Positions 18,623 to 31,348 are shown, counted from the stretch's first letter. The stretch: DNA of 64,000 nucleotides from Azonexus sp. (GCA_041909105.1 JAYREE010000005.1:17885-81884), one strand, 5' to 3'. Numbers and translations are program-made. The notes: a model not told the origin generated them from the sequence alone.

Positions 18623-18646
18623 CACAACTGCCAATCCGCCTTAGCC

Positions 18647-19393
18647 ATGAAAAACAACAACGACGGCATCGCCGTAGCATTGCCCCATCCCCCACAGAAC
18701 CCCCACCCCCAGACTGATATCCCCGATTACCTGCAACGCGTTTACTGGTGGGCTTATCTGCACCCGAAGGCCGTTCACCTGTTCGAACGCGAATGGCTGG
18801 TCAATCTGATCCTGTGGGGTAATTTCGCCCGCCTGCGCGATGCCGCTCTGGACGAGTTGGGTCAGAAGATCGAAAACAACGTGCTACAAATCGCCTGTGT
18901 CTACGGCGACTTCACCCAGCGCATCGTCAGCCGCCTGTCTGGCGAGGGCTCACTCGAAGTCGTCGATGTTGCCCCGATACAGTTGGACAATCTGCGACGG
19001 AAACTTCCCTCGCACCCGGCAGTCCGTCTGCGTCTTCAAGATGCGAGTGCATTACATTATCCGGACGGGCACTTCGATGCGACCCTGCTCTTCTTCCTTC
19101 TCCATGAACAGCCGGAAGCCATACGGCGAGCTACGCTGGCCGAAGCAATACGTGTCACCCAGCCAGGCGGAAAAATAGTCATCGTCGACTATCACCGCCC
19201 GTCGCGCCTACATCCGTTGCATTTCCCGATGCAGATTGTGCTCCGCACACTCGAGCCATTCGCCATGGATCTCTGGCTCCATGACATTGTCGACTATTTA
19301 CCTGCCACTTCGGCACAAGACCTTGTTATCGAGAAGCAGTGCTACTTTGGCGACCTCTACCAGAAACTTGTAATTCGTCGCCGAAGGGGTTGA
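18647..19393 (+). CDS. rquA: Rhodoquinone biosynthesis protein RquA (methyltransferase fold)
   Basis: IPDYLQRVYWWAYLHP...FEREWLVNLILWGN, VLQIACVYGD, DVAPIQL, FFLLHEQP, VDYHRP, GDLYQK; signature N-terminus of RquA. Confidence 0.9.
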   Translation: MKNNNDGIAVALPHPPQNPHPQTDIPDYLQRVYWWAYLHPKAVHLFEREWLVNLILWGNFARLRDAALDELGQKIENNVLQIACVYGDFTQRIVSRLSGEGSLEVVDVAPIQLDNLRRKLPSHPAVRLRLQDASALHYPDGHFDATLLFFLLHEQPEAIRRATLAEAIRVTQPGGKIVIVDYHRPSRLHPLHFPMQIVLRTLEPFAMDLWLHDIVDYLPATSAQDLVIEKQCYFGDLYQKLVIRRRRG

Positions 19394-19468
19394 AGGAGCA
19401 GACTCCGACTAGCGCCCACGAGTAGCTTGGCGTTATTCTGTTGCGCAAACTACCTCAGGAGAGACAAA

Positions 19469-20599
19469 GTGCCGGCGCTACTGCCCCATCCCGATCCCGA
19501 TGGACTGCTCGAATACTCGGTGGTCTATACCGACCGCGCGCTGAATCATATGTCACAGCGCTTCCAAGGCGTCATGAAGGACATTTCCCGCCTGTTGAAG
19601 AAGGTCTATAACGCCAAGGCAGCGGTCGTCGTGCCGGGCAGCGGCACCTTCGGAATGGAGGCCGTGGCCCGCCAGTTCGCTACCGACCAGAAAGTACTGG
19701 TCATCCGCAACGGCTGGTTCAGCTTCCGCTGGACGCAGATTTTCGAGATGGGGCGCATTCCCGCCGAAAGCATCGTGCTCAAGGCTCGCCAGACCGGGAG
19801 CGGCGCCCAGGCACCGTTCGCTCCCTGCCCGATCGACGAGGTCGTCGCCACGATCCGTACGCAAAAACCGGCCGTGGTCTTCGCACCGCACGTCGAAACG
19901 GCATCCGGCATGATCCTGCCCGACAGCTACATCCAGACCGTCGGCGCGGCCGTGCGCGAAGTGGGCGGGCTGTTCGTGCTTGACTGCGTAGCGTCCGGCA
20001 CCGTGTGGGTCGACATGCAGCAGAACGACGTCGATGTGCTGATCAGCGCCCCGCAAAAGGGCTGGAGCGCCTCACCGTGCTGCGCCCTGATCGGCCTGGG
20101 CGAACGCGCCCTCGCCCGCATCGAGCAAACCACCAGCACCAGCTTTGCTTGCGATCTGAAGAAATGGCTGCAGATCATGCTGGCCTTCGAGAATGGTGGC
20201 CATGCCTACCATGCCACCATGCCGACTGATGCGCTAACCAGCATGCGCGACGTGATGCTGGAAACCGAAGCCTACGGCTTCGCCAAGGTGTGCGAGGAAC
20301 AGCAGGAGCTTGGCCGGCGCGTGCGCGAACTGCTCGAATCGCGCGGTTTCCCAAGCGTCGCGGCCGAGGGTTTCAAGGCCCCCGGTGTCGTCGTCAGCTA
20401 CACCACCGATCCCGATATCCAGTCCGGCAAGAAATTCATCGCCGCCGGCCTGCAAACGGCGGCCGGCGTTCCCCTCCAATGCGACGAAGGCCCGGATTTC
20501 CGGACCTTCCGCATCGGTCTGTTTGGCCTGGAAAAACTGCACAACCCGGAGCGCACCGTGGCCAATCTGGCCAAGGGGCTCGACTCAGTGCTCGCCTGA
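19469..20599 (+). CDS. Class V PLP aminotransferase (alanine/serine-glyoxylate aminotransferase family)
   Basis: GTG start after AGGAGA; EYSVVYTDRALNHMS, PGSGTFGMEAVARQF, HVETASG, LDCVASG, SAPQKGWS (PLP lysine). Confidence 0.88.
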   Translation: MPALLPHPDPDGLLEYSVVYTDRALNHMSQRFQGVMKDISRLLKKVYNAKAAVVVPGSGTFGMEAVARQFATDQKVLVIRNGWFSFRWTQIFEMGRIPAESIVLKARQTGSGAQAPFAPCPIDEVVATIRTQKPAVVFAPHVETASGMILPDSYIQTVGAAVREVGGLFVLDCVASGTVWVDMQQNDVDVLISAPQKGWSASPCCALIGLGERALARIEQTTSTSFACDLKKWLQIMLAFENGGHAYHATMPTDALTSMRDVMLETEAYGFAKVCEEQQELGRRVRELLESRGFPSVAAEGFKAPGVVVSYTTDPDIQSGKKFIAAGLQTAAGVPLQCDEGPDFRTFRIGLFGLEKLHNPERTVANLAKGLDSVLA

Positions 20600-21379
20600 G
20601 TACTTTTTCTCGCCCGCCGGTACCGGGAAGGGCAACCAGTTCTCGGGCGGCGGCAACGGGCAGGTGGCGAAAGGCGTAAAGGCGCAAGGCGGGTTGTAGG
20701 CGCGATTGAAGTCGAGCACGATCTGCCCGCTTTCTGCTGGCAGCGCCTTCAGAAAACGACCGGCGCCGTAGCTTTCCCTGCCGCTCGTGCGGTCGCGGAA
20801 GACGAAAAAGATCTCTTTGTCGCTTTCCGACATCGGCAACAGTTCGACGTTTTGCCCAGCCACGTTGAAGACAGCCTTGTGCTTCACTTCGACCGCTTTC
20901 AATTCGCCAGTTACATTGGGCACCTCCATCGACAACGGCGGCGAGAGTTCTTGCCATTGTGCCTCGCAGATCCAGGCCGCATCCTCGGGGAAATAGTCGA
21001 GTCCGGCAAAATGCTGCTGGCTGGCCCAGTCCAGATCGCGAACCCGCGCTGCCAACCGCCCTTCGCGCTCGACGATGAAAAATGCCAGTTTTTCGATGTG
21101 CACCGCAGTAGGCTGCCCCGCATGATCGGTTTCGAGTTCACGCTCCGATTCTCCGGTCGCCTGCCAGAAAACACGCGAGCCATCGACCCGCAACACTCCC
21201 ACTTGCTCAGACCAGGATGGCAGACGCACGGCACATTCCTCTGCACTGCCTACGGAGTTGAGGCCTGCCTCCAACCAGAACAATCCGATCAGACCGAGCC
21301 AACTTTCCGGGGCTGAGAGTTCAGCAATACGGCCCGCTTGCCAATCGGCGAGTGAGAGAAAATTATTCGCTTGCTTCAT
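20585..21379 (-). CDS. DUF1684 domain-containing protein
   Basis: FRDRTSGRESYGAGRFL, LDFNRAYNPPCAFTPFATCPLPPPEN. Confidence 0.9.
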   Translation of the reverse strand: MKQANNFLSLADWQAGRIAELSAPESWLGLIGLFWLEAGLNSVGSAEECAVRLPSWSEQVGVLRVDGSRVFWQATGESERELETDHAGQPTAVHIEKLAFFIVEREGRLAARVRDLDWASQQHFAGLDYFPEDAAWICEAQWQELSPPLSMEVPNVTGELKAVEVKHKAVFNVAGQNVELLPMSESDKEIFFVFRDRTSGRESYGAGRFLKALPAESGQIVLDFNRAYNPPCAFTPFATCPLPPPENWLPFPVPAGEKKYSGEH

Positions 21380-21459
21380 GGTCAGCCCCAGATAAAATTA
21401 GCAAAATAGATATAAATTTCGATATTAGTTGACACACCAGATTCACAAGGACACCCAAG

Positions 21460-21759
21460 ATGAAAAAGTTACTGCTTGCCTCCCTGCTCGCCTCGGCCTC
21501 GATACTTTCCTCGGCCGCGGACATCAACGTCAACCTTGGCTCGGTGCGCATCGATGCCCCGGGTGTGTCGGTCACTTTCGGCAGCCGCGATAGCCGCGGC
21601 TATTACTGGGACGGTTACGAATACCGCGACCCGGATTACTGGCGTCGCCATGAGGGTCCGCGTGGCGAACGATACTACACCGGGCGCGGTGACCGTGGCG
21701 TTCCGCATCAGGATGGCGGCCATTGTCCGCCGGGACAGGCCAAGAAAGGCCGTTGCTGA
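21460..21759 (+). CDS. DUF2502 (YpeC-like) small exported protein
   Basis: Signal peptide; GSRDSRGYYWDG; C-terminal HCPPGQAKKGRC. Confidence 0.75.
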   Translation: MKKLLLASLLASASILSSAADINVNLGSVRIDAPGVSVTFGSRDSRGYYWDGYEYRDPDYWRRHEGPRGERYYTGRGDRGVPHQDGGHCPPGQAKKGRC

Positions 21760-21771
21760 ACTTCATAAAAC

Positions 21772-21806
21772 AAAAAGGGGCGGTGTTCGGCACACCGCCC
21801 CTTTTT
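21772..21806. terminator. Bidirectional intrinsic terminator
   Basis: AAAAAGGGGCGGTGT-tcggc-ACACCGCCCCTTTTT between convergent DUF2502 gene and clpB. Confidence 0.9.
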
Positions 21807-21822
21807 CATTCCGGCTGGCCGA

Positions 21823-24405
21823 TCAAGCCTTGTTGAAGCGGATGATGCCGTTTTCGCAGCTCACCTTGATCGTATCCTTAGCAGCAAACTTGCCTTCGAG
21901 GATTGCACGAGCCAGCGGATTCTCGATCTGCTGCTGGATCGCCCGCTTGAGCGGACGCGCACCGAACAACGGGTCGAAACCGGCCTTGGCCAGTTCGGCA
22001 AGGGCACTGTCATCGACTTCGATGGCCATTTCCAGTTGCGCCAGGCGTTTCTCCAGATAACCGAGCTGGATTCGCGCGATACCTGCGATGTTCTTTTCAT
22101 CCAGACTGTGGAAGACCACCACTTCGTCGATACGGTTGATGAACTCGGGGCGGAAATAGGTTTTGACTTCCGCCATCACCGCCATCTTCACCATACCGTA
22201 GTCGTCGCCCTGCATCTGCTGGATCATCTGGCTGCCCAGGTTCGAAGTCATGACGATCACCGTATTCTTGAAATCGACAGTGCGCCCCTGACCATCAGTC
22301 ATTCGACCATCGTCGAGCACCTGTAGCAACACGTTGAAGACATCGGGGTGCGCCTTCTCGACTTCGTCGAGCAGGATCACGCTGTACGGCTTGCGACGCA
22401 CGGCCTCGGTCAGGTAGCCGCCCTCTTCGTAGCCGACATATCCCGGCGGCGCGCCGATCAGGCGGGCAACCGAATGCTTTTCCATGAATTCGCTCATGTC
22501 GATGCGAATCAGGTGTTCCTCTGAGTCGAACATGAACTCGGCCAGCGCCTTGCACAGTTCGGTCTTGCCGACGCCGGTCGGGCCAAGGAAAAGGAAGGAG
22601 CCATACGGCCGGTTCGGATCGGCCAACCCAGCCCGCGAGCGGCGGATGGCATCCGCTACCAGACGCACGGCTTCATCCTGCCCAACGACGCGCTGGTGCA
22701 GCTTTTCTTCCATCTTCAACAGCTTGTCGCGCTCACCCTGCATCATCTTGCTGACCGGAATGCCCGTGGCGCGTGACACCACCTCGGCGATTTCCTCGGC
22801 ACCAACCTGCGTGCGCAACAGCTTGTTCTTTTGCTGACCGCCGTCGCCGGCAGCTTCCGCAGATTTCAACTGGGCTTCAAGTTGCGGCAGCTTGCCGTAT
22901 TGCAGCTCGGCCACTTTCTCCAGCTTGCCTTCACGCTGCAGCTTGGCGATATCGGCCTTCAGGTGGTCGATCTCTTCCTTGATCTGCGCAGAGCCCAGTA
23001 CGGCCGATTTCTCCGCCTTCCAGATTTCTTCCAGATCGGAATATTCCTTGGTCAGGCGTGCGATTTCGTCCTCTATCAGGCCGAGACGCTTCTGCGAAGC
23101 CTCGTCCTTTTCCTTCTTCACTGCTTCACGCTCGATCTTGAGCTGGATGATGCGGCGGTCGAGCTTGTCCATCGATTCCGGCTTGGAGTCGATCTCCATC
23201 TTGATGCGCGCGGCGGCTTCGTCGATCAAATCGATGGCCTTGTCCGGCAGGAAGCGGTCGGTGATGTAGCGGTGCGACAGCTCGGCGGCCGCCACGATGG
23301 CCGGGTCGGTGATGTCGACGCCGTGGTGCAGTTCGTACTTCTCCTGCAAACCCCGCAGGATGGCGATGGTCGATTCGACGCTCGGCTCATCGACCAGCAC
23401 TTTCTGGAAGCGGCGCTCCAGCGCGGCATCCTTCTCGATGTACTTGCGGTATTCGTCGAGCGTAGTGGCGCCGATGCAGTGCAACTCGCCGCGCGCCAGG
23501 GCGGGCTTCAGCATGTTGCCGGCGTCGATGGCGCCTTCGGCCTTGCCGGCGCCGACCATGGTATGGATTTCGTCGATGAACAGGATGATGCGACCTTCAT
23601 CCTGCGCCACTTCCTTCAACACGGCCTTCAGACGCTCTTCGAACTCGCCGCGGTACTTGGCCCCGGCTAGCAGGCCCGCCATATCGAGCACCAGCACCTT
23701 CTTACCCTTCAGGGTTTCCGGCACTTCGTCATTGACGATGCGCTGGGCCAAGCCTTCAACGATGGCCGTCTTGCCGACACCCGGTTCGCCGATCAGCACC
23801 GGGTTGTTCTTGGTGCGACGTTGCAGAATCTGGATGGCACGGCGGATTTCGTCGTCACGACCGATCACCGGGTCGAGCTTGCCTTGAGCAGCACGTTCGG
23901 TCAGATCGATGCAGTATTTTTTCAGCGATTCGCGCTGCCCTTCGGCTTCCTGACTGTCGACGCCCTGCCCGCCGCGCACGGCCATGATGGCCGCCTCGAT
24001 GGACTTGCGGGAGAAGCCATGCTGCTTGGCGATGCGCCCGGTTTCATTCTTGTCGTCACACAGTGCGAGCAGGAACATCTCGCTGGCGATGAACTGGTCA
24101 CCGCGCTTTTGCGCTTCCTTATCGGTCAGGTTCAGCAGGTTCCCCAGATCACGACCAACCGAAACGTCGCCGCCGTGACCTTCGACCTTGGGCAAACGGG
24201 TCAGCGCCTGTTCCAGGTCGCGCTTCAGCCCCGGCACATTGACACCGGCACGGGAGAGCAGCGAGGTCGTGCCGCCGTCGTCCTGGTTGAGCAGCGCCAG
24301 CAACAGGTGCTGCGGCTCGATGAATTGTTGGTCGTTACCCAACGCCAGACTTTGCGCATCGGCTAAAGCTTGCTGGAATTTGGTCGTGAATTTGTCCAGA
24401 CGCAT
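21823..24405 (-). CDS. clpB: ATP-dependent chaperone ClpB
   Basis: [30 protein letters not shown], long coiled-coil M domain, [17 protein letters not shown]; 860 aa. Confidence 0.98.
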   Translation of the reverse strand: MRLDKFTTKFQQALADAQSLALGNDQQFIEPQHLLLALLNQDDGGTTSLLSRAGVNVPGLKRDLEQALTRLPKVEGHGGDVSVGRDLGNLLNLTDKEAQKRGDQFIASEMFLLALCDDKNETGRIAKQHGFSRKSIEAAIMAVRGGQGVDSQEAEGQRESLKKYCIDLTERAAQGKLDPVIGRDDEIRRAIQILQRRTKNNPVLIGEPGVGKTAIVEGLAQRIVNDEVPETLKGKKVLVLDMAGLLAGAKYRGEFEERLKAVLKEVAQDEGRIILFIDEIHTMVGAGKAEGAIDAGNMLKPALARGELHCIGATTLDEYRKYIEKDAALERRFQKVLVDEPSVESTIAILRGLQEKYELHHGVDITDPAIVAAAELSHRYITDRFLPDKAIDLIDEAAARIKMEIDSKPESMDKLDRRIIQLKIEREAVKKEKDEASQKRLGLIEDEIARLTKEYSDLEEIWKAEKSAVLGSAQIKEEIDHLKADIAKLQREGKLEKVAELQYGKLPQLEAQLKSAEAAGDGGQQKNKLLRTQVGAEEIAEVVSRATGIPVSKMMQGERDKLLKMEEKLHQRVVGQDEAVRLVADAIRRSRAGLADPNRPYGSFLFLGPTGVGKTELCKALAEFMFDSEEHLIRIDMSEFMEKHSVARLIGAPPGYVGYEEGGYLTEAVRRKPYSVILLDEVEKAHPDVFNVLLQVLDDGRMTDGQGRTVDFKNTVIVMTSNLGSQMIQQMQGDDYGMVKMAVMAEVKTYFRPEFINRIDEVVVFHSLDEKNIAGIARIQLGYLEKRLAQLEMAIEVDDSALAELAKAGFDPLFGARPLKRAIQQQIENPLARAILEGKFAAKDTIKVSCENGIIRFNKA

Positions 24406-24441
24406 GGAAGTCCTCCAGGGACGATATTTCAGATGATTCGG

Positions 24442-24469
24442 AGATGGGGATGTTCAAAACAATTTCAAG
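24442..24469 (-). promoter_or_regulatory. Sigma-32 (RpoH) promoter of clpB
   Basis: Minus strand CTTGAA-N14-CCCCATCT, 36 nt upstream of the clpB ATG; matches the RpoH consensus. Confidence 0.88.
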
Positions 24470-24585
24470 TTATCTCGCGCAAATGACAGAGAGGGCCAAC
24501 AGATCCGTTGGTTTTGTCAGAGATTGGGCTAAAATATAAAATTAGTGAAACATTAAGAAACACAACAGGAATCAAGGAGACAGCC

Positions 24586-26220
24586 ATGTCCGCAGGGGGA
24601 ATGAGCCTACGTAGCAAGTTGATGACCATGTCGGTGGCAACGGTACTCGCGCTGACGGTATTGTTCATCGTACTTCTGATCAACAGCAAGGCTCAGATGC
24701 TGGGCGACCGGCAGGACAAAGTCCGTAATCTGGTCGAAGTTGCCCATGCGACCGTCGCCCATTACGAGGCTGAGGCGCGTAGTGGCAAGCTATCGCTTGA
24801 AGATGCACAGAAGGCTGCGATGAACGCCGTCAAGGCCATGCGCTACGAGAAAGTCGAATACTTCTGGATTAACGACCTCAACGACCTGATGGTGATGCAT
24901 CCGATCAAGCCGGAGCTCGACGGCAAGAAGCTTGATCAGTTGAAGGACAAAACGGGCAAATACTTGTTTGTTGAATTCAACAAGGTCGTCAAGTCCCAAG
25001 GGGCGGGCTTCGTCGATTATCTGTGGCCGAAGCCCGGCGCTGAAGAAGGTGTACCGAAAGTCTCTTACGTCAAGGGATTTGAGCCCTGGGGTTGGGTGAT
25101 CGGCTCGGGTATCTATATCGACGACGTCGATGCCAAATTCCGTCAAGACGCCATCAAGCTGCTGATCTGGGGTATCGGCATCGGCGGTTTTGTCATCGTC
25201 TCGCTCCTTGTTCTGTCACGCAACATCATCAAGACCCTGGGCGGTGATCCGGCGGTCGCTTCCGCCATCACCAAGCGCATCGCATCCGGCGACTTGGCAA
25301 CGCCGGTCGCATGCGATGCCGGCGATCGCGACAGCCTGCTCGCCAACATCGCCGGCATGCAGGACAACCTGCGAAACACCATCGGAACGATCGTGCGCAA
25401 CGCCGAACAGGTTTCCAGCGCTGCCGACCAGCTGCTGCATGCTTCGGAGGAAGTTGCCGAACGTGCCAAGCTACAGAGCGATGCCGCATCGTCGATGGCG
25501 GCCTCGGTCGAGGAAATGGCGGTCAGCATCGATCAGGTACGCGACAACGCCCGTGAGGCCAACGAAATCTCCGAAGAGGCCGGCAACATTTCCTCTGAAG
25601 GCGCCAATGTCATCTATAGCGCGGCCAACGAAATGCAGAAAATTTCCGAGGCGGTCCAATCCTCATCACAGATCGTGGAGGATCTCGGCCGCCAGTCGGA
25701 CCAGATAACCTCGATCGTCAATACCATCAAGGAAATCGCCGACCAGACCAACCTGCTCGCGTTGAACGCAGCCATTGAGGCGGCGCGTGCCGGCGAACAG
25801 GGGCGTGGTTTTGCCGTCGTTGCCGATGAAGTACGCAAGCTGGCCGAAAGGACCAGTTCATCTACGACCGAAATCACCGAAATGGTTTCCAAAATACAGA
25901 ATGGTACGCGCAGCGCAGTATCCAGTATGCAGACCGGAGTCGCACAAGTCAGTAACGGTGTCGAGCTCGCCAACCAGGCCGGCCAGTCGATTAACCGCAT
26001 CCGCGAAGGAGCCGAACGCGTGACCGAAGTGGTCAACGGCATTTCCGATTCGATTCACGAGCAAAGTACCGCCAGCAACGAAATCGCCCGCCGCCTGGAA
26101 AGCATCGCCCAGATGTCGGAAGAAAGTGCGCTTGCCGTCCGCCATACGGCCGATGCGGCGCGCCAACTGCACACGCTATCCGCGTCGCTGCATCAAGCTG
26201 TCGGCAACTTCCGCATCTAA
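24586..26220 (+). CDS. Methyl-accepting chemotaxis protein with single Cache sensor
   Basis: TM-Cache ([38 protein letters not shown])-TM-HAMP-MA domain ([35 protein letters not shown]). Confidence 0.95.
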   Translation: MSAGGMSLRSKLMTMSVATVLALTVLFIVLLINSKAQMLGDRQDKVRNLVEVAHATVAHYEAEARSGKLSLEDAQKAAMNAVKAMRYEKVEYFWINDLNDLMVMHPIKPELDGKKLDQLKDKTGKYLFVEFNKVVKSQGAGFVDYLWPKPGAEEGVPKVSYVKGFEPWGWVIGSGIYIDDVDAKFRQDAIKLLIWGIGIGGFVIVSLLVLSRNIIKTLGGDPAVASAITKRIASGDLATPVACDAGDRDSLLANIAGMQDNLRNTIGTIVRNAEQVSSAADQLLHASEEVAERAKLQSDAASSMAASVEEMAVSIDQVRDNAREANEISEEAGNISSEGANVIYSAANEMQKISEAVQSSSQIVEDLGRQSDQITSIVNTIKEIADQTNLLALNAAIEAARAGEQGRGFAVVADEVRKLAERTSSSTTEITEMVSKIQNGTRSAVSSMQTGVAQVSNGVELANQAGQSINRIREGAERVTEVVNGISDSIHEQSTASNEIARRLESIAQMSEESALAVRHTADAARQLHTLSASLHQAVGNFRI

Positions 26221-26237
26221 GAAAGGCTATCGCCCTG

Positions 26238-26262
26238 ACGGACCGCTCACGCGGTCCGTTTT
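26238..26262 (+). terminator. Intrinsic terminator after the MCP gene
   Basis: ACGGACCGC-tcac-GCGGTCCGT followed by TTT. Confidence 0.65.
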
Positions 26263-26373
26263 ACATAGAGCCCGGCACATCTTGCGCAGGCGCGAAAAGC
26301 GCTTAGCCATTCCAAACTGAAACGGCGACTTTTTGCTTATTCGCTCAGTGCACCGCAGCAGTCGAATTCTTGA

Positions 26374-26823
26374 CTATTTCCAGCGCGCTGCCGCACTGTC
26401 GTCGGTCTCGCGCGCATCGACCCAGCGTCCGCCGTCTGCAGTCGCCTCTTTTTTCCAGAACGGCGCCAGGGTCTTCAAATAGTCCATGATGAACTCACAG
26501 GCCGCGAAGGATTCGCCGCGGTGCGCACTGGTCACCGCGACCAGCACGATCTGGTCGCAGGGTTTGAGCGGCCCGACACGGTGGATGACCAAGGCATCGT
26601 AAATATCCCAGCGCTGCTTGGCTTCAGCGACGATGGCCTCGAGCGACTTCTCGGTCATCCCCGGATAGTGTTCCAGGGTCATACCGGAAACGCTGGCACC
26701 ATCATTGATATCACGTACTAGCCCGAGAAAGCTGGCCAGCGCGCCAATACGGGCATCGCCGGCACGCAGCGCCATCAATTCGGCACCGACATCGAAATCC
26801 GCCTCCTGGACGCGCACCGTCAT
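26374..26823 (-). CDS. moaE: Molybdopterin synthase catalytic subunit MoaE
   Basis: VQEADFD, GALASFLGLVR, LEHYPGM, HRVG, SAHR, MDYLKTLAPFWKKE. Confidence 0.95.
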   Translation of the reverse strand: MTVRVQEADFDVGAELMALRAGDARIGALASFLGLVRDINDGASVSGMTLEHYPGMTEKSLEAIVAEAKQRWDIYDALVIHRVGPLKPCDQIVLVAVTSAHRGESFAACEFIMDYLKTLAPFWKKEATADGGRWVDARETDDSAAARWK

Positions 26824-26836
26824 CTTCAGCTCTCCG

Positions 26837-28423
<1,587 letters not shown>

Positions 28424-28658
28424 GGCAAATGACTAAGGGAGAAAACGGGACATTATACCTTCGCCGGCCGGGCTATCTCCCGACGAAAAACGGCAAGAGG
28501 CTCTTTGCAACATGGCACAGACCGCTCCTGCGGTGCACAACACAAAATGGCAAAAAACAATATCGCACGCACACAGCACTTCCCCGCTAATATGAGAAAA
28601 TCAACAATGAAAAACTCAAACACTGGCTCACCAACATGGCGATAAGTCCCCGACCGAC

Positions 28659-30437
28659 ATGAACAGGGATCGACCGGATCACCGCGCTTCGCGCCTCTGC
28701 TTCTCACTGCTCTTCTGCTTATGGGCAGTGGTGCTGAGCGTGTTCGAGACACATGCCGGTGAAGGCACGTCGCTGACGGAACTACCCACTGGCCCGCTCG
28801 GGAAGCACTTGCAGGTCTTGATTGAAAACGGGCCCGTCATGACCGTCGACGACGCCTACGCCCAACTCCGGGCGGGCCAATTTATGGCCATCGACACCGA
28901 TGTGCCGAAATTTGGCATTGGCGCGCCACCGGTATGGCTACACCTGCCCATACGCAATAACACGGACACCCCCATCAGCCGACAGTTGGTGATCGGCATC
29001 TCCTGGCTCGACAACGTTGATGCCTACCTCTTGCGCGAAGGCGAGGTGCAGATACATCGCGCCGCCGGCGACAGCGCCGCTTCACTGATCCATCCCCGCC
29101 CTGGCCTGGGTTTCGTTCTGGAGATCAGTATCCCTCCCGGCGACAGCGATCTTTTTCTGCGCGTCGCCACGCCGGACCCGATGCTCATTCCGGTCCGCCT
29201 GCTCGACGAACGGCAAACCAACGCTTTTCAGGTACGCCTTGGCTACGCCTATGGCAGCCTGTACGGGCTACTGCTCGCCTTGATCCTCTACAACTTCCTG
29301 CTTGCCGCGGGTCTGCGCGAAAGCAGTCCACTCGACTATTCCCTGTATCTCGGGGCATTTGCCCTGACCCATTTTGCCTATACGGGACATGGCTACACTT
29401 GGTTGTGGCCGGACTCACCCAACCTCCAACGTTACGTCATCCCATTCCTGATGGTGGCCTTTTCCTGCCTCGGACTACGTTTCGCCAAAGGTTTCCTGGC
29501 CCTGCGACAGCATGCACCGCGGACTTATCTCATCAGCAACGTTTTCAGCGGGATCGGCCTGCTTGGTCTGCCCCTGAGCATCGTTTTACTCCCACAAAAA
29601 CATACCTTACTGTTCGCGTTTGTCTTTGTTCTGCTCTTCTCGGTCATGATGGTCTGGCTTGGGGCTGCGGCGGTGATCCGCGGGCAGGTGGCCGGACGCT
29701 ACTTCCTGGCCGCTGCGCTCGCAGCGATGGCGGGAGCCGCCTGTACCGCACTGACGGTCTGGGTAGGCATTCCCTACCACCCGCTCACTTTCCATGCGGC
29801 GGCAATTGGCATGGCCATCGAAGGAATATTGCTGGCACTGGCGCTGGCCTACCGCATGCGCGAATACCAGCATGCCAGGCAAAAAGCCGAGGTCTTGGCC
29901 CGTACCGATCCGCTGACCCAACTCCTCAACCGACGTGCGCTACTCGAATTGGCCGAACCGCTTTGGCATGGCTGCGAACGCAAGCAGCGACCCTTCAGCG
30001 TCATGATGATCGACATCGATCATTTCAAGAAAATCAACGACGCACATGGACACGAAGCGGGCGACCGGGTGCTCAAGGCCATCGCCAAGTGCATCGCACA
30101 AGCGTGTCGCGCCAGTGACCTCGCGGCCCGCTGGGGAGGAGAAGAGTTTCTCTTGATCCTGCCGGAAACCAGCCTGCAGCAGGCAGGCAATCTCGCCGAG
30201 CGACTACGGCAGCAGATCCTCGCACTGCGCTGCCACGCCGACGGCGAAAGCATCCCATTGAGTGCCAGCATTGGCGTTGCTCAAAGGGCCGACCACGAAA
30301 ACCTTGAGCAATTGATCCGCCAAGCCGACTGGTGGCTCTACGAAGCGAAACAGACAGGGCGAAACCGTGTTGGCGGGATTTCCGAGGAACTGCTCGCCGG
30401 GCTAGCCACGCCCGGCAACGTCGATTCCGCGGGGTAA
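28659..30437 (+). CDS. 7TM-DISM sensor diguanylate cyclase
   Basis: 7TMR-DISMED2-like periplasmic part (PPVWLHL, WLDNVD), multiple TM helices, DPLTQLLNRR, DIDHFKKIND..GH..GD, intact RWGGEEF. Confidence 0.92.
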   Translation: MNRDRPDHRASRLCFSLLFCLWAVVLSVFETHAGEGTSLTELPTGPLGKHLQVLIENGPVMTVDDAYAQLRAGQFMAIDTDVPKFGIGAPPVWLHLPIRNNTDTPISRQLVIGISWLDNVDAYLLREGEVQIHRAAGDSAASLIHPRPGLGFVLEISIPPGDSDLFLRVATPDPMLIPVRLLDERQTNAFQVRLGYAYGSLYGLLLALILYNFLLAAGLRESSPLDYSLYLGAFALTHFAYTGHGYTWLWPDSPNLQRYVIPFLMVAFSCLGLRFAKGFLALRQHAPRTYLISNVFSGIGLLGLPLSIVLLPQKHTLLFAFVFVLLFSVMMVWLGAAAVIRGQVAGRYFLAAALAAMAGAACTALTVWVGIPYHPLTFHAAAIGMAIEGILLALALAYRMREYQHARQKAEVLARTDPLTQLLNRRALLELAEPLWHGCERKQRPFSVMMIDIDHFKKINDAHGHEAGDRVLKAIAKCIAQACRASDLAARWGGEEFLLILPETSLQQAGNLAERLRQQILALRCHADGESIPLSASIGVAQRADHENLEQLIRQADWWLYEAKQTGRNRVGGISEELLAGLATPGNVDSAG

Positions 30438-31154
30438 TGCCGCCCGATACAGGATCCAGCTGGCGTAGGCCAGCCATGGCAGTGTCCACAGCAACAGGGG
30501 TAGGAACAGGATGCTGCCAATAACGAGTACGGCAAGCAGCACGGCCCAAACCAGCAGCACCGCAAAATTACCCAAGACGATTCGTACGCTCAGCACCACC
30601 GCCTCGACCAGATTGGCCCGCTGCTCACACAGCAAGGGAACCGAGAAAGCCGACACGGCGAACAGCATTAACGCAACCACAGCGCCCGATATCGATGACC
30701 AAATCACGAAGCGGACTATGTTTTCGTTGGGGGAAAGCCAATGGACCAACCAAACTGGCGCATCCCCCAGCATATAGGCATAAAGAATTGCCGCATCGGT
30801 GAGGAAAATCATGAACAACAGGGCACAAACCAGCGCCAGCACCCAAATCGCCTGATTAGCCTCAGCGAAACCGATCCGCACATCTTGCGTCAGCGGACGC
30901 CTTCCCGCCTCGAACGCCCGCGCAATGCCAAAATAGCCCGCCATGATCGCTGGCCCAAGCAGCATGAAGGCCCCGGCTGCGCTGATGACAAAAGGGGTCC
31001 AGCCGCGGACCAGCAAACTACCGATGATCAATGCCCCACCAAGCACAAAAACCGCGGTATAGGCATAGCCAACGTTACCGGTTTGCCGGGCAATATTGCG
31101 GCCCTCGGCCAAAGCAGCGAATAGCTTATTAAACGTCAGCGAGTTGACCTGCAT
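30402..31154 (-). CDS. DUF2189 integral membrane protein
   Basis: GAFMLLGPAIMAGYFGIAR, FAVSAFSVPLL, SVRIV..N, PWLAYASWILYR; start trimmed to MQVNS. Confidence 0.8.
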   Translation of the reverse strand: MQVNSLTFNKLFAALAEGRNIARQTGNVGYAYTAVFVLGGALIIGSLLVRGWTPFVISAAGAFMLLGPAIMAGYFGIARAFEAGRRPLTQDVRIGFAEANQAIWVLALVCALLFMIFLTDAAILYAYMLGDAPVWLVHWLSPNENIVRFVIWSSISGAVVALMLFAVSAFSVPLLCEQRANLVEAVVLSVRIVLGNFAVLLVWAVLLAVLVIGSILFLPLLLWTLPWLAYASWILYRAALPRGIDVAGRG

Positions 31155-31231
31155 TGCATTGCCGGAAGAATGGGATGAGGCGCACGGGAAATCGACAGTT
31201 CGGAGCCTAATCACCGATCATCGAAATGACA

Positions 31232-31245
31232 CTAATGCAGATCAA
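31232..31245. promoter_or_regulatory. Possible FNR-like box upstream of the DUF2189 gene
   Basis: Minus strand TTGAT-ctgc-ATTAG; one perfect half-site, 8/10 overall. Confidence 0.3.
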
Positions 31246-31348
31246 AAATGCCATTGAGATGTGCGAACACTGATTGTGACAGATCATCCCACCTGCCTAA
31301 GCGTATGTAATCTCCACCGTATCCGGACGATCCGGCGTCGCTGGCCCC

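Noticed and set aside
19394-19468. Glycine riboswitch before the class V aminotransferase (CTCAGGAGAGAC resembles aptamer motifs)
   Set aside because: Only 75 nt are available and the other conserved aptamer elements are missing. AGGAGA is adequately explained as the ribosome-binding site.
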